A stretch of 63,122 nucleotides of DNA, the filler included, from Babesia bigemina (Eukaryota), in NCBI RefSeq assembly GCF_000981445.1. It is 6 parts of 6 records of this genome, joined end to end, with 100 filler letters (N's around TTAATTAATTAA, not from the genome) between each part and the next. Parts side by side here need not be neighbours in the genome. Positions count along the whole stretch, not along the records: positions 1 to 26,389 come from NW_012237336.1; positions 26,490 to 35,130 come from NW_012237339.1; 4 more parts are not named here. One strand, 5' to 3'. The position numbers and the translations under genes are program-made. Numbering within the stretch: position 1 is the first letter of the stretch; each line of letters begins with the position of its first letter. The notes under the pieces are model-generated. The model searched no databases, was not told where the DNA came from, and worked only from the letters and a program-made list of their open reading frames with translations. Below, piece by piece: positions 21,526 through 32,704 of this stretch.

Positions 21526-24500
21526 TTATGGTTGCAGGTAAAACACCCTGTTAAGCTTGTTAACACGTGCGGCGGCGAGTAGTGATTGAGCAGCTATGCG
21601 ATGACTCGAGGGACTATGCAAATGCGATTTGATGTGGAGCAGGTCGAGGCGGATGACCATGATGTGGAGGAGGTAGAGGACAGAGAGGAGCCAGAGAACT
21701 AATACGGTGATTGAGAAATTCAATCTGATAGCCCATAAGAAGTCGTCGATTTGTTTGCGTAATTCAATGAGCACGGAGTTTTCAACGAGCATTAATTTCA
21801 ACGCTTCGCAGAAATCTTTGCACGTCCTTTTGGCGGCGGTATCCTTCCCCAACCCGTTGAGTGCCCACGGATTACCAAATGTGAACCCGTATTTGTACAA
21901 CGTTGGATGGGTGTTGCGGCACGTGATGATTGATCTGCATTCCTTTTCGTGAGAGTGATCGCTTAGCTTCTTACGATCCTCTTCCTTGTCGGAGTATTTG
22001 ACTTGGCACGTCTCGACACATCTTTTATCATGGCATCTACTTCCTCTCTTGTCACATTTTGCGCAGCACTCGTCGTACAATTTCTTGAGCAGATCACAGA
22101 ATGTCTCTGTAATGTACACGATCCAAGACAAGTGATTGCCTTTATGCTTGGACGAGTAATAGCTAAACGTGTTAAAGGTCACTGACCTAATGTATAGACC
22201 ACATGGTTTATCGGAACCAGATACGCAACTCGTGATGCTGCACAAATCACCTTTGAGATGTTTGTCGGTGTGATTATCGCTACTAATCAGCGCATCTGGA
22301 GTAACATTTTGGTAAGGGTTTCCGAAATTCGCTTCGGCGATGGCGGCACGAAACGATGTCTGCGTACGCATTTCATCACCTTTGCGCTCATAAAACCCGC
22401 CACTCCAATTCGCAATGTAACCGTAGTAAAAAGCGAAAATGTCACCCAGTGTCTGAGGGGGCATCTGTAATAGACACGTTAGCTGAGCGCAAAGCTTGGT
22501 TAGTGGAGAAGATTCGTTGCCACAATAGAATCTTAGAACGTTCATGAGATGAACACCGTCCCGGGTATGTGAAGCCATCACACTGATGTCTGGAAAACCC
22601 ATTGGGGTATTGCACGGCAGTCCCCTATGATTGGAGACAGTGCATTCTAGCTTACATCCCGGTTTTTTGAATTCATGAGGTAGGAACCCAGGGAGACCAT
22701 CTTCTAAAAAGGATTGGAGTGGCGACTTAATACCGCACTTTGGATGCTGGTCACCCATTTGGTTGTGTATTTGGTTGCACGTTTGCTTACACTTTTGGTT
22801 GGCACATTGCTTGGTGTTACAGTTGAACGACGAGCCGCCGATCGCATTACCATACAGACAATCACGCCACCCGGAACAGCTGTCGTCGTTACGGCACTGT
22901 CTATATACGAAGAAAAGTTGTCGGTACAATCTATTCAGAATATCAACGAGCATATCGAAGCACGAACCTGGAGCAGTAGGATACGAAAACCCATCTTCGT
23001 TAGCGCTAAAGTCACAAGCATATACGCCGTCGTTATGGCCGTGTCCGAGGATTGTGATCAATACTGTTTCCGCGTATCTACATACATCGTAGAGTGCGTC
23101 GCATAGGTCCCTAGGTTTAATGGTTGAAGTGCCGACAAGTTGGAGGTCATTGACGGAAATATCTTTATAATCGCGATCCTCATACTTCTTAGGTTTCGAG
23201 AACAACGTTTTAGTGTAATCTTCGACTTTGCTTAGCATCGCGTTGTACCGCAAACCAGCACACCACTTAAGCATCGCGAAAACTGTTGTAGGAGTTTTCG
23301 GTGGCGTAAGCCTGACATGGCAAACGTAGTAATAGCTGCGCAGACAGTCCGTCAGTTTATTGATGGCTGCTGTATTTAACATTTGCGTCAGGAAACCCTT
23401 AATATTTGCGCCTTGGCATTCGGTCTTATTGCGCAAGGTACCGTCATGGCTGTCTCTTTCAGTGGAAACATTATATCCCCGTTGACCAAAGAATTTTCCG
23501 ATATCGGTATACAAATTAATTTGCTCCGTACTCCACTCCCTTCCATTATTGCATTTCTCGGTAAGCACTTTAAAGTCATTACTCAGTGTCGCCAGGGAGG
23601 TAAGGAACACCTTCGCGCACTTCCTCCCGTACTCGGTTATTTCAGTCTCGTCACCGGCTTTTGCGGGAGATTTAACTGTTTTAGTCTCAGATGACCGCTT
23701 ATCTTTAACCACCTCATCAGTGAACCTCTCCCCCGAGTACCTGCTGACGTACTGCTTCGCGAGCTCCCCGTGGAACGCCCGGACGCCGGCCTTGACGACG
23801 TTGAGCAGCGGGGAGGCCTCGGCGAATTCGGAGGGGGTGAGGCGGTCGAGCTGCGTTTGGAGGTCGGCGAGCTTGCGGGAGACGTCGGCGTGGAAGTGGC
23901 GTTGGTCGTGCATTGTGGACAGGAGGGAGGAGAGGGCGTCGGCGAGGGGGGTGAGAAGAGGGGAGTGGTCGGTGAGGTCGGGCTGATTTTTGAAGTCAAC
24001 AAAGAAATCTTCACAAAAAAGTTTAACTTTTCCAGCATAAGTACGTAGTTGAGTGCCTGAACTATGCAGTCGGTTGAGCGGTTCTTGAAACTTGTTCATG
24101 AGGCCTTTCAGGCCGCTCGCCGAATCACGGTCAATGATGTCCTTGATTTGGGGAATGCGCTCCGTTATGCAGTCTTTCAGGGATTTGAAATCAGCGTTTC
24201 TCTGTGCGTTGAACATTTTTTGGACATATTCCTCTACCTCATTGAAAGCGTTATTCACTCGGCTTTGAAGCTTGCTTTTCAGCAGTGGCATGATGACCTT
24301 CACAGTACCTTGTGCGGAGCTCAACGATCCTTCTAGAGCTTCCATGGCAGTGTTAAAAGCGGACTCTGCTGCGCTAATGGGTGTGTTAATGTCTTTGATT
24401 TTGGCAAGTATCTGTTCGATCTCATTTTTCAAAGTTTGCATCGTTTGTTCGGCGTGTATACGTTTGCCGTCGACAATACTGGGAAATGTTTTTAGTATGC

Positions 24501-26389
24501 CAAGTTGTTTCTCAATCTCCTCAATCGCAAATGTAAGACTCTTCTTGGATGTATCGAATTCCGTCATCAGCGTCGCCACGTCAATATTGGTTGTGATAAT
24601 TTTATCCATGACAAATTTCTCAAGAGCATCGTCAATGGCTTTTCGAGCTGCAGCTTTGATTTGCTTCTTCGCCGCATCGTCAAACGTGGTGATGGATTGG
24701 TGAAGGTTATTAACTGCATTGGTTACGCTGTCCACTAGTTTTTGTATATCTTCCTCGGCGGATTTCGCAGCATTTGCCGACGTTGTCAATCGCTTTAGCT
24801 TTGACTCAAATGCTTTGAACGCAATCAGGAACTCATCGTGGGTGTCGCCAACTGTGTCAGGATGTTTCAGTTTTTTCATTTCGTTGCTTATCTGACTGTA
24901 AATACCGCTCTCAGCTGTCCTAGGCTGTCCGTTAATTTGTACACCAATCGCATCCCTAAACTTTTCACTCCCCTTGTTAGCAGCTTCCTTTGCGAACGTT
25001 TGGATGGATTGAACCGCAGCGTCTACTTTAGAAATTAAATCATTTTTCAAAGCTGTAACAGCAGGATTTGTATCTTCAACATTGGAATCCAGAGACATAC
25101 CCTCAATTTCGATAGCTTCTCTAATATCATCCAGCACCATTTCTAGGTGGGCTTGCAAATCTATTCCGGGTCCACTAAGTATCTGCTTGAATGCAGCCAC
25201 TTCCTGCAATGCCGCGATGCCAGGACCAGCTTTAGCGGTAAATTGATCATCCCCAACATCTCCACTGGATGGGTCAGCCGTTTGAATGGCCTTCATGACA
25301 GCACCAACTATCTCTTTAATATATGCTCCTAACTTATCATTTATTCCTTTTTTAAGCTCCTGAACCTGATCATTCAACTCGCCCGCAACGTCCTGTAACT
25401 TACTTTGCAATTCTTCGTGAATGGTATTATGAATGTTTTGAAGCGTAGACAACGGCCCACCAATAACATCTGCCAACTTATTTAGACCGTTTCTAATTTC
25501 CTCTGTTTTTATGTCGGATGCCTGTCGATACAACTGCGCAAATTGCACATTAAACCCTCCCACACCATTTTCATACTTAGTCTTCAGTTTCACAGATGGG
25601 TCGGTAATTGTCCCAGCAAGTGCATCCAGATCGCTCTTAGCCTTGCCCAGATCGGACAACGCTTGAGTGGTTACGCTCCCAATGTCGATGTTTTCAATAG
25701 TCTTCATTAACTCCTCCAATCCATGGCGAACATCAGCTTCCAGTCCGCTAACTTCTGTCTGCACGGTACCGAAGTTCTCCAGAAGAGTCGACGACGCTCC
25801 TTTTTTTCCGGTTAGCTTCTCAACCGCTGCTTTCATCTGTTCAAACTGCTGCTTAATATCATTCTTATATTTCTCGAAATCATTCGCCGACGTACCAACT
25901 AGCTTATCGGCCAACTGCTGGGCAGATGTCACGGCTCTCTTTATCTCCTTCATGTGTTTGTTCTTTTCTTTCTTAACGTTCTTGATCTCAGTTCCGATAT
26001 TATGCAATTTTTCATTCAACTCCCTCTGAACATCCTGTATTTGATTCGCAATATGCTGGTTAACGTTTTGGGGGATCTCACTGAATTTGCTGTCAAGCTC
26101 ATTCAATGCGTCGAGGAAACTATCATCATTTACCGAGTTCCAAAAATTCTGCGCAACTTGCCTTAACAATTCAATTCTGGGCGCCACTGTATTCTTAAGA
26201 TTGTCGTCAACGTTCACCAACGCTGCCTCCGATTTTTCAACCTCCTGAACATAGAGGCTGGAAAAGCCTCGCCAGGTGGATAACTGGTCAGTGATTAATT
26301 TATCAACCATATTTAAAGAAGCATGGTTATTTAAAGTTTTTTCAAGGTTTTCTAACGGTGTCATTACCGCTTTATTTTTCCCCTCCACC
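21526..26389 (-). CDS. ves1: VESA1-like gene 4, 5'-truncated by the contig gap
   Basis: 1620-codon open frame reaching the N run; SPLQSFLEDGLPGFLPH, TM, and tail ...AARVNKLNRVFYLQP. Confidence 0.9.
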
Positions 26390-26489
26390 NNNNNNNNNNN
26401 NNNNNNNNNNNNNNNNNNNNNNNNNNNNNNNNNTTAATTAATTAANNNNNNNNNNNNNNNNNNNNNNNNNNNNNNNNNNNNNNNNNNNN
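26390..26489. other. Artificial contig linker N44-TTAATTAATTAA-N44
   Basis: The identical 100-bp construct occurs five times; the 12-mer places stops in all six frames. Confidence 0.98.
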
Positions 26490-27217
26490 ATCGCCCCTTT
26501 ATGCACTCTACATCGCCCCTTACTCCACTCTACATCGCCCCTCAACCCACTCTACATCGCTCCCTAACCCACTCTACATCGCCCCTTAATCCACTCTACA
26601 TCGCTCCCTAACCCACTCTACATCGCCCCTTAACCCACTCTACATCGCTCCCTTATCCACTCTATATCGCTCCCTAACCCACTCTACATCGCCCCTTAAC
26701 CCACTCTACATCGCTCCCTTATCCACTCTATATCGCTCCCTAACCCACTCTACATCGCTCCCTTATCCACTCTATATCGCTCCCTAACCCACTCTACATC
26801 GCCCCTTAACCCACTCTACATCGCCCCTTTGCCCACTCCACATCGCCCCTTTATCCACTCTACATCGCTCCCTAACCCACTCTACATCGCTCCTTTATCC
26901 ACTCCACATCGCCCCTTTGACCACTCTACATCGCCCCTTTACCCACTCTACATCGCCCCTTTGTCCACTCTACATCGCTCCTCTATCCACTCTACATCGC
27001 CCCTTAACCCACTCTACATCGCTCCCTAACCCACTCAACATCGCCCCTTAACCCACTCTACATCGCTCCTTTATCCACTCTACATCGCCCCTTAACCCAC
27101 TCTACATCGCTCCCTAACCCACCCTACATCGCCCCTTAACCCACTCTACATCGCTCCTTTATCCACTCTACATCGCTCCCTAACCTACTTCACATCGCTC
27201 CTTAACCCACTCTACAT
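26490..27217 (+). repeat. Array A (22 bp), truncated by the gap
   Basis: C-rich on the + strand, upstream of a + strand ves gene. Confidence 0.97.
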
Positions 27218-27246
27218 CCCTCGAATTACCTCGCCATAATACTGCT

Positions 27247-30200
27247 ATGACCTCCTTAAACCATAACAATAACTTGTGCCTTGTCACCCTTTCCTTCCCC
27301 TCTTCCACCTCCTGCCACTGCCCTGACCATGTGCCGCCTAGGGAGCTTGACAAGAAATTTGACAAAATTCAAAACCTTAAAAACACCTCAAATAACAACC
27401 CTACTAACATCCTTACTAACCTTTGCACCGGCCTCGAAACTTTCCTCGGCTTCAACTCTTCTTCCAAAGGCTACGACGGCTCTGGGATAGTGTACTCTGA
27501 CTTGGATAGGCTGTGTGACGGGGTGATGGGATTTTTGAGTGGCGTGCTTGGTGCGGTGAAAGATGATCCAAGCGTTACAACGTATTACACTAAGATGGAT
27601 GAAACACTCCAAAAAATTAAAAACAATATGCACAATCCTGACGGATTGTCTAAGGCCGTTGAGGCTGTGAGCCGGGCGCTGGGGGAGTGGGATGGCAATC
27701 TCACTAGTAGAACAGACGCACTTAAAAATAGACTCAAAACTCTTAATGTTGATAGATTTAATGAATTTGATAACTCACTTAAATTACTTAACAGTCTTTT
27801 GCCAGAGCAGCTTGACCAGGTGCCCCGCCAGTTGCAGGCCTGCATCACCGATGCGGGTGCCATCTTGACCGACTTCAATTTCGCTGAGGCGGAATACGAT
27901 AAGCTCGATGATACACTAAAAGATAAGTTGAAAAATGCTATGTTTCAAATTAAGTTGCAGGTAGAGAAGTTTCACGGAGCGGCGACGAACACGGAGTTGA
28001 GGGCGGTGTTGGACATGGCCAAGGATACGTGGGATTATTTGAGAGAGGATATTAACAATAGAGTGAGAGAAAATATAGAAGCTTTGGCTCTCAGCGTTTT
28101 ACAAAAAGTTATTCAAATAGGTAAAGATATGTATGAGGTTGATGAGATATTGAAAAAATGCATCTCTGATTACGCAGACTGGATTAGGGACACAAATAAC
28201 GTCCTTGAATTGGCGCAAAAAGATGCGTTAAAAATATCTAATTCCATGACTGCAAAATACAACCAGGAAAAGCTGCAAGAGATTGCAACCGCGATGGAAA
28301 ACTGGAAACTTAAGCTCGTAGATTACGTTGATGTGAAAGTTAAACCCAAACTGCAAGAATTAGTGAAGACATCTCAGCGGACAGTTGCAGGTTTGGATGA
28401 TCGGCTCAAAGCGGATTTGAAAGTTATGGAAGAAAAAATTACTGAACCTCTCAGAACATTGAAACTCGTTTCTGGTGGCTTCTTAATTAAGATAACGGAC
28501 ACTCAAACAATGCTCACAAAGGCAATAGGAAACGTATTTCAAGACCTTGTGAAGCTTGAGAAGATTGAAAGTTTTGATGAAATTAAGAATGCTTTAGGTG
28601 AAATAGTTTCAGCGCCATTACTTCAAAAAATTGCAAGTGCATCCGCGTTCACCGATCTGAATAAATATTTCGCAGCGCTTGATTCCAATGTCATGGATCC
28701 TTTGAAAAAGGCAACTCAGAGAATAGGTGAGGGTATACGAATGGGTAGTAATGCCAACATGGATGACTTTCATAGAGCATTTACAAGACTTAAGTCACAC
28801 ATAATCACTCCACTTAAAGAAATTAAACAAGTTGCTAACGGATCCGTTACAGATATTAGTGGACTTGAAGCAAAGCTGCAAAATGTACTAGGCAATGATT
28901 TTACTTTTAGCAGTTTTAATCTTCAGTCTCACATTTCGAAATTAACAGATGTGATTAATAAACTAGATGGCATTGGTGGAAAGGTTGATAAACAAGACGC
29001 TGAAAAAGTCTTGACCGATCTTGGCAGCATTGCGAAGGCCGTCTCATCTCATTCGAAAACAGTCATTGAAAAAGTAATAGATTCCATGGAAAAAAACGTC
29101 AAAACAGAGATAGCGGCATTGGCGAGGGCTATTAAGGGAAAGATTACAAAATGTTCCAACCTTGCAGGAAGCCAAGGTGGCACCAGTGCCACCGGTGATG
29201 TGAGCGGCCTCGCAAAGTTAGCGACTGAGTTTGGAGCGAACATTGATGTTAGACTTGATGATCTGAAAAACACAGTTACAAGTGAAGCGTTCAAGAACAT
29301 GCCAAATGGCGCCGTAGCAGAAATCAACGTGGATCAGACACTACCATTATATAAAGGGCAGAGAGACGAACATGTTAACACAGCTCTAGAGGCAATCAAT
29401 ACTTTTGTCTCTGATATAAGCATTCAGCCGACGGCAACAAACCTCACTGAATGGTCACAAAATATTACGCAAAACCTGGACACTCTAATTACTGAATTTG
29501 CAGAAGTTGCATCATATATAAACGGGTATATAAATGATTTACAAAGTGAAAAACTCGACAAAAAATTCGTTGCCATTTTAGATAAGCTCCGTACACTCCA
29601 CCAAGTTGACATGCGTAAGCTGCTTGAAGATATACAAAAACTTAGAGATTTCATTAATGACCGAAGCCGCTCAACCATTTGGAATATGCAGAAGTTTGTC
29701 ACCGATAAATTTGCGGTTGCAACTAAAACAATTCAAGACACGGCGAGAAGGCAGTATTACACTAAATTAAATGAGATGTTCAGAACCATGGAGAGAAAAG
29801 TTAAAGCTGGAATTGCAGACATAAATATAGCCACCGAAAACGATGTAAAACTAGGTGTAAAAGGTTTGTTAAGTACCGTTTATGACAAGGAAGGTGTTAC
29901 GTTGAGTAGAATAAAAATTGATGATCCATTGTATAAAGAAAATGTCAAAAACGTGTCGAGTAACCTAACAACATATTTGGAAAATATCCTAAGATACGTT
30001 GATTTTAATGTCGCTGTTTCTTCCACCGATCCTGCGCATAATAATCCTCGTATTGCTGAACAAGCCGTTCAGGTTAGAGAGATCCAAGAGAAGATCAACT
30101 ATTTACTCAATCATCTTCATAAACGTGATTCTAATCTACCTAATGTTTATAATTACGACCACCAATTCACCTCTCGCCTCTCCACCCTCTCCTCCGCAAT

Positions 30201-32559
30201 CTCCGCCCTCGACCCCCAAGCGCTGCCGGACGCAGGACGGCCCGTGCTCAGGGCGCTGAAGCAGGGGATGCTGGGATTCGTGGGAGAGTTGGAGAAGGGG
30301 TATGTGAACAGGTATGATGGAGGTGAAAGTATTAAAGAGTGGGTTAAAAGAGAAGGTGAAAAAGACGTTTTGACGCCTGAAGGAAAAAATGGCGCCAAAG
30401 TCTTTTTGACGATTTTGGAGACACTGTATAATGATCTTGCTACATTGTTACGAGATTGCCCAAACAAGTGGAAAGGTAAAAAGATATGTTTATTTGAGAA
30501 CGTTAAGAGCAATCATAAGCCGGTTGACAATTCCTTAGGCCAGTGGTTCAAGCGTCGTGGTTACGCAGTTTCGGGAGAGATTGACAAGCAGCAAGGTGAG
30601 TTGAGGAATAAAGCTGAGTGTAGCAGTGAACAACTTTTAACGCTTCTTTCTAACTCATCTGGTGAAAAACACGTTTTTAAACAAGGTGATCCTAGAAAAG
30701 ATAGCGGCCCTCTGAAAAGCCTCATCGGCCACCTCGGTACATATTACAGCGTCTGCCACCACTATATTCCGAAAAAACCCAAAGCACCGGCAAACATCTA
30801 CCAGATGCTTCAATGGCTCTGCGGTTTGTGGCACAATCCGATGCGTACACCACTACGTTATTACTTCATGGAATTGTTCAACAAACCAAAGGGGAGGGAG
30901 CATGAGTCTTATGTGAAAATAGGATCTGCGAATTTAAAACTAGAAACTTATCCCTACAATGTAATTACGCCAAATAACTTAGACAACCAACTCTATCCAC
31001 TTTGCTTCTACGCTGAGATGCCGTTGACTGCCATCCTCGGACAAGGGCACGCTGAGGGGAGGTACGCGGTTGACTTCAAGACAAACGCAGAGGAATTGTT
31101 GTACCCCAGCAACCCCGGTGCGTGCTTCGATATGTTTGCAGATATATTGAATAGGGTGTATCACCAATGTAACTTCCTGCTCAAGCAGTGCAGCTACAGC
31201 ACCAAACTCGGCGGTTGGAGCGACTGCTGGTACGGTAACTCAATCGCCGGGTCATCGTGGAGCTGCAACGCAATCCAATGTCCTGGTCAAGGTGCTGACC
31301 AAAAGCATGAGCAAAGTTGTAACCAAAAGTGTGACCAAAATGCTGAGTGCGGTATCAAATCACCGCTTCAGTCATTCCTCGAAGATGGTTTGCAAGGTTT
31401 CCTCCCTCACGCTTTCACCAAGCCGGGTTGCAAATTGGAATGCACAGTGTCCAACCACCGTGGTATTCCCTGCAAAACGCCCATGGGCTTCGCAGATATG
31501 TCTATCACATCGTCTCACAGGCAGAAGGGTGAGCATCTCAAGAAGGCTCTTGCCAAATTCTGTGGCCCGCAATCACAACTAAACGTGCTGTGTAGCTTAC
31601 TGACGTGCATGTTACGTCAACCACCTCAGACTCTTGGTGACATGTTTGCGTTTTACTGCAGTTTCCTAGCTGACTGGGCTGGCCCCGGTAAAGCGCATAA
31701 GCAGACCGCATTTAATGCAGCCGTAGAGGAAGCTATCTTTGGCCAGGAATATCCGCATTTGAATCCCACAACACTCTTCAGCAGCAAGAAGCACGTTGAT
31801 GCTGCAACAACCCATGCCAAAGGTGACTTGCTGAGCCTTGTCAGCTGCAACGGTGGAATACAGACAGTGGACCCTGCCGGTACCTGCGGGCCATATCTGC
31901 AGCCCATGAACAATGATATCTACGACGTATTCGCAGCGTCCAACAAGAAACTTTATTTGTCATGGATAGTCTACTCGACAGAAACGTTCTATGACTTGCT
32001 CTGTAGATTGCTCGAAGATTGCAAGAGGAAGTGCGCTACGCCGCAATCAAGGTGTAAGCTGCAAGGATGTGCCAAGGATTGTCGTGCCGTTCTGTCTGAT
32101 ACTAAAATTCCAGATCGAAACCATCAGGCTGACTGCAAATCCATTGTGCAGTGCAATTCCACATTGCCGAATCTATATAAATATGGGTTTTACTACGGAG
32201 ACTCAACTAAGCTAAGTGGCGACGATGGGCGTGAAAAGAAACGTTCATGCCAAGATTTCTGCAGAGCGCTAGAAAGAGTACTCAACAAAAATGAGCAAAA
32301 TGAACATGTACTTGCCAAATTCATTTTCCACACCATCCCCGAATTCCTCTTCAAAATTCGGGAACCCTTCATCTGGCTTAACGTCGCACTTTGGTCACTA
32401 TCCGTGTTCTACCTAATCTGCGTAATGGTTGGCAGACTGGATGTGCTTCATATCCGCTCGCACCTGAGATCACCATCATCGCACAGGATAACGGCGCAGT
32501 CATTGTTAGCGGCGGCGCAAGTCGGAAGGCTTGCCAAGATATCGTACCTACAACCGTAA
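27247..32559 (+). CDS. ves1: VESA1-like gene 5, 1770 aa, intact from the leader ATG
   Basis: MTSLNHNNNLCLVTL... is in frame with KGYDGSGIVYSDLDRLCDGVMGFL; TM and tail ...AAQVGRLAKISYLQP. Confidence 0.92.
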   Translation: MTSLNHNNNLCLVTLSFPSSTSCHCPDHVPPRELDKKFDKIQNLKNTSNNNPTNILTNLCTGLETFLGFNSSSKGYDGSGIVYSDLDRLCDGVMGFLSGVLGAVKDDPSVTTYYTKMDETLQKIKNNMHNPDGLSKAVEAVSRALGEWDGNLTSRTDALKNRLKTLNVDRFNEFDNSLKLLNSLLPEQLDQVPRQLQACITDAGAILTDFNFAEAEYDKLDDTLKDKLKNAMFQIKLQVEKFHGAATNTELRAVLDMAKDTWDYLREDINNRVRENIEALALSVLQKVIQIGKDMYEVDEILKKCISDYADWIRDTNNVLELAQKDALKISNSMTAKYNQEKLQEIATAMENWKLKLVDYVDVKVKPKLQELVKTSQRTVAGLDDRLKADLKVMEEKITEPLRTLKLVSGGFLIKITDTQTMLTKAIGNVFQDLVKLEKIESFDEIKNALGEIVSAPLLQKIASASAFTDLNKYFAALDSNVMDPLKKATQRIGEGIRMGSNANMDDFHRAFTRLKSHIITPLKEIKQVANGSVTDISGLEAKLQNVLGNDFTFSSFNLQSHISKLTDVINKLDGIGGKVDKQDAEKVLTDLGSIAKAVSSHSKTVIEKVIDSMEKNVKTEIAALARAIKGKITKCSNLAGSQGGTSATGDVSGLAKLATEFGANIDVRLDDLKNTVTSEAFKNMPNGAVAEINVDQTLPLYKGQRDEHVNTALEAINTFVSDISIQPTATNLTEWSQNITQNLDTLITEFAEVASYINGYINDLQSEKLDKKFVAILDKLRTLHQVDMRKLLEDIQKLRDFINDRSRSTIWNMQKFVTDKFAVATKTIQDTARRQYYTKLNEMFRTMERKVKAGIADINIATENDVKLGVKGLLSTVYDKEGVTLSRIKIDDPLYKENVKNVSSNLTTYLENILRYVDFNVAVSSTDPAHNNPRIAEQAVQVREIQEKINYLLNHLHKRDSNLPNVYNYDHQFTSRLSTLSSAISALDPQALPDAGRPVLRALKQGMLGFVGELEKGYVNRYDGGESIKEWVKREGEKDVLTPEGKNGAKVFLTILETLYNDLATLLRDCPNKWKGKKICLFENVKSNHKPVDNSLGQWFKRRGYAVSGEIDKQQGELRNKAECSSEQLLTLLSNSSGEKHVFKQGDPRKDSGPLKSLIGHLGTYYSVCHHYIPKKPKAPANIYQMLQWLCGLWHNPMRTPLRYYFMELFNKPKGREHESYVKIGSANLKLETYPYNVITPNNLDNQLYPLCFYAEMPLTAILGQGHAEGRYAVDFKTNAEELLYPSNPGACFDMFADILNRVYHQCNFLLKQCSYSTKLGGWSDCWYGNSIAGSSWSCNAIQCPGQGADQKHEQSCNQKCDQNAECGIKSPLQSFLEDGLQGFLPHAFTKPGCKLECTVSNHRGIPCKTPMGFADMSITSSHRQKGEHLKKALAKFCGPQSQLNVLCSLLTCMLRQPPQTLGDMFAFYCSFLADWAGPGKAHKQTAFNAAVEEAIFGQEYPHLNPTTLFSSKKHVDAATTHAKGDLLSLVSCNGGIQTVDPAGTCGPYLQPMNNDIYDVFAASNKKLYLSWIVYSTETFYDLLCRLLEDCKRKCATPQSRCKLQGCAKDCRAVLSDTKIPDRNHQADCKSIVQCNSTLPNLYKYGFYYGDSTKLSGDDGREKKRSCQDFCRALERVLNKNEQNEHVLAKFIFHTIPEFLFKIREPFIWLNVALWSLSVFYLICVMVGRLDVLHIRSHLRSPSSHRITAQSLLAAAQVGRLAKISYLQP

Positions 32560-32700
32560 TTGTATTCACGTCTGTAATTCACATCAACTCACGTAATATC
32601 TCACCTACTCACCTAACCGACAAACGTAGTCTAATGTCTCGAATTACTCTAGCGGCAACCTGTGAACTAAATAACACCTAGATTAGGTGATGACTCAAAG
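32560..32700 (+). repeat. Conserved ves 3' element, type 1
   Basis: Matches the reverse complement of 7786-7929. Confidence 0.88.
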
Positions 32701-32704
32701 ACAA

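Noticed and set aside
26434..26445. TTAATTAATTAA as a biological motif or target-site duplication
   Set aside because: It is always centred in exactly 44+44 Ns, so it is an assembly spacer.
21526..32559. Head-to-head pair of genes 4 and 5 resembling the B. bovis bidirectional active locus
   Set aside because: The two genes are on different contigs joined by an artificial linker, so the divergent arrangement is not evidence.
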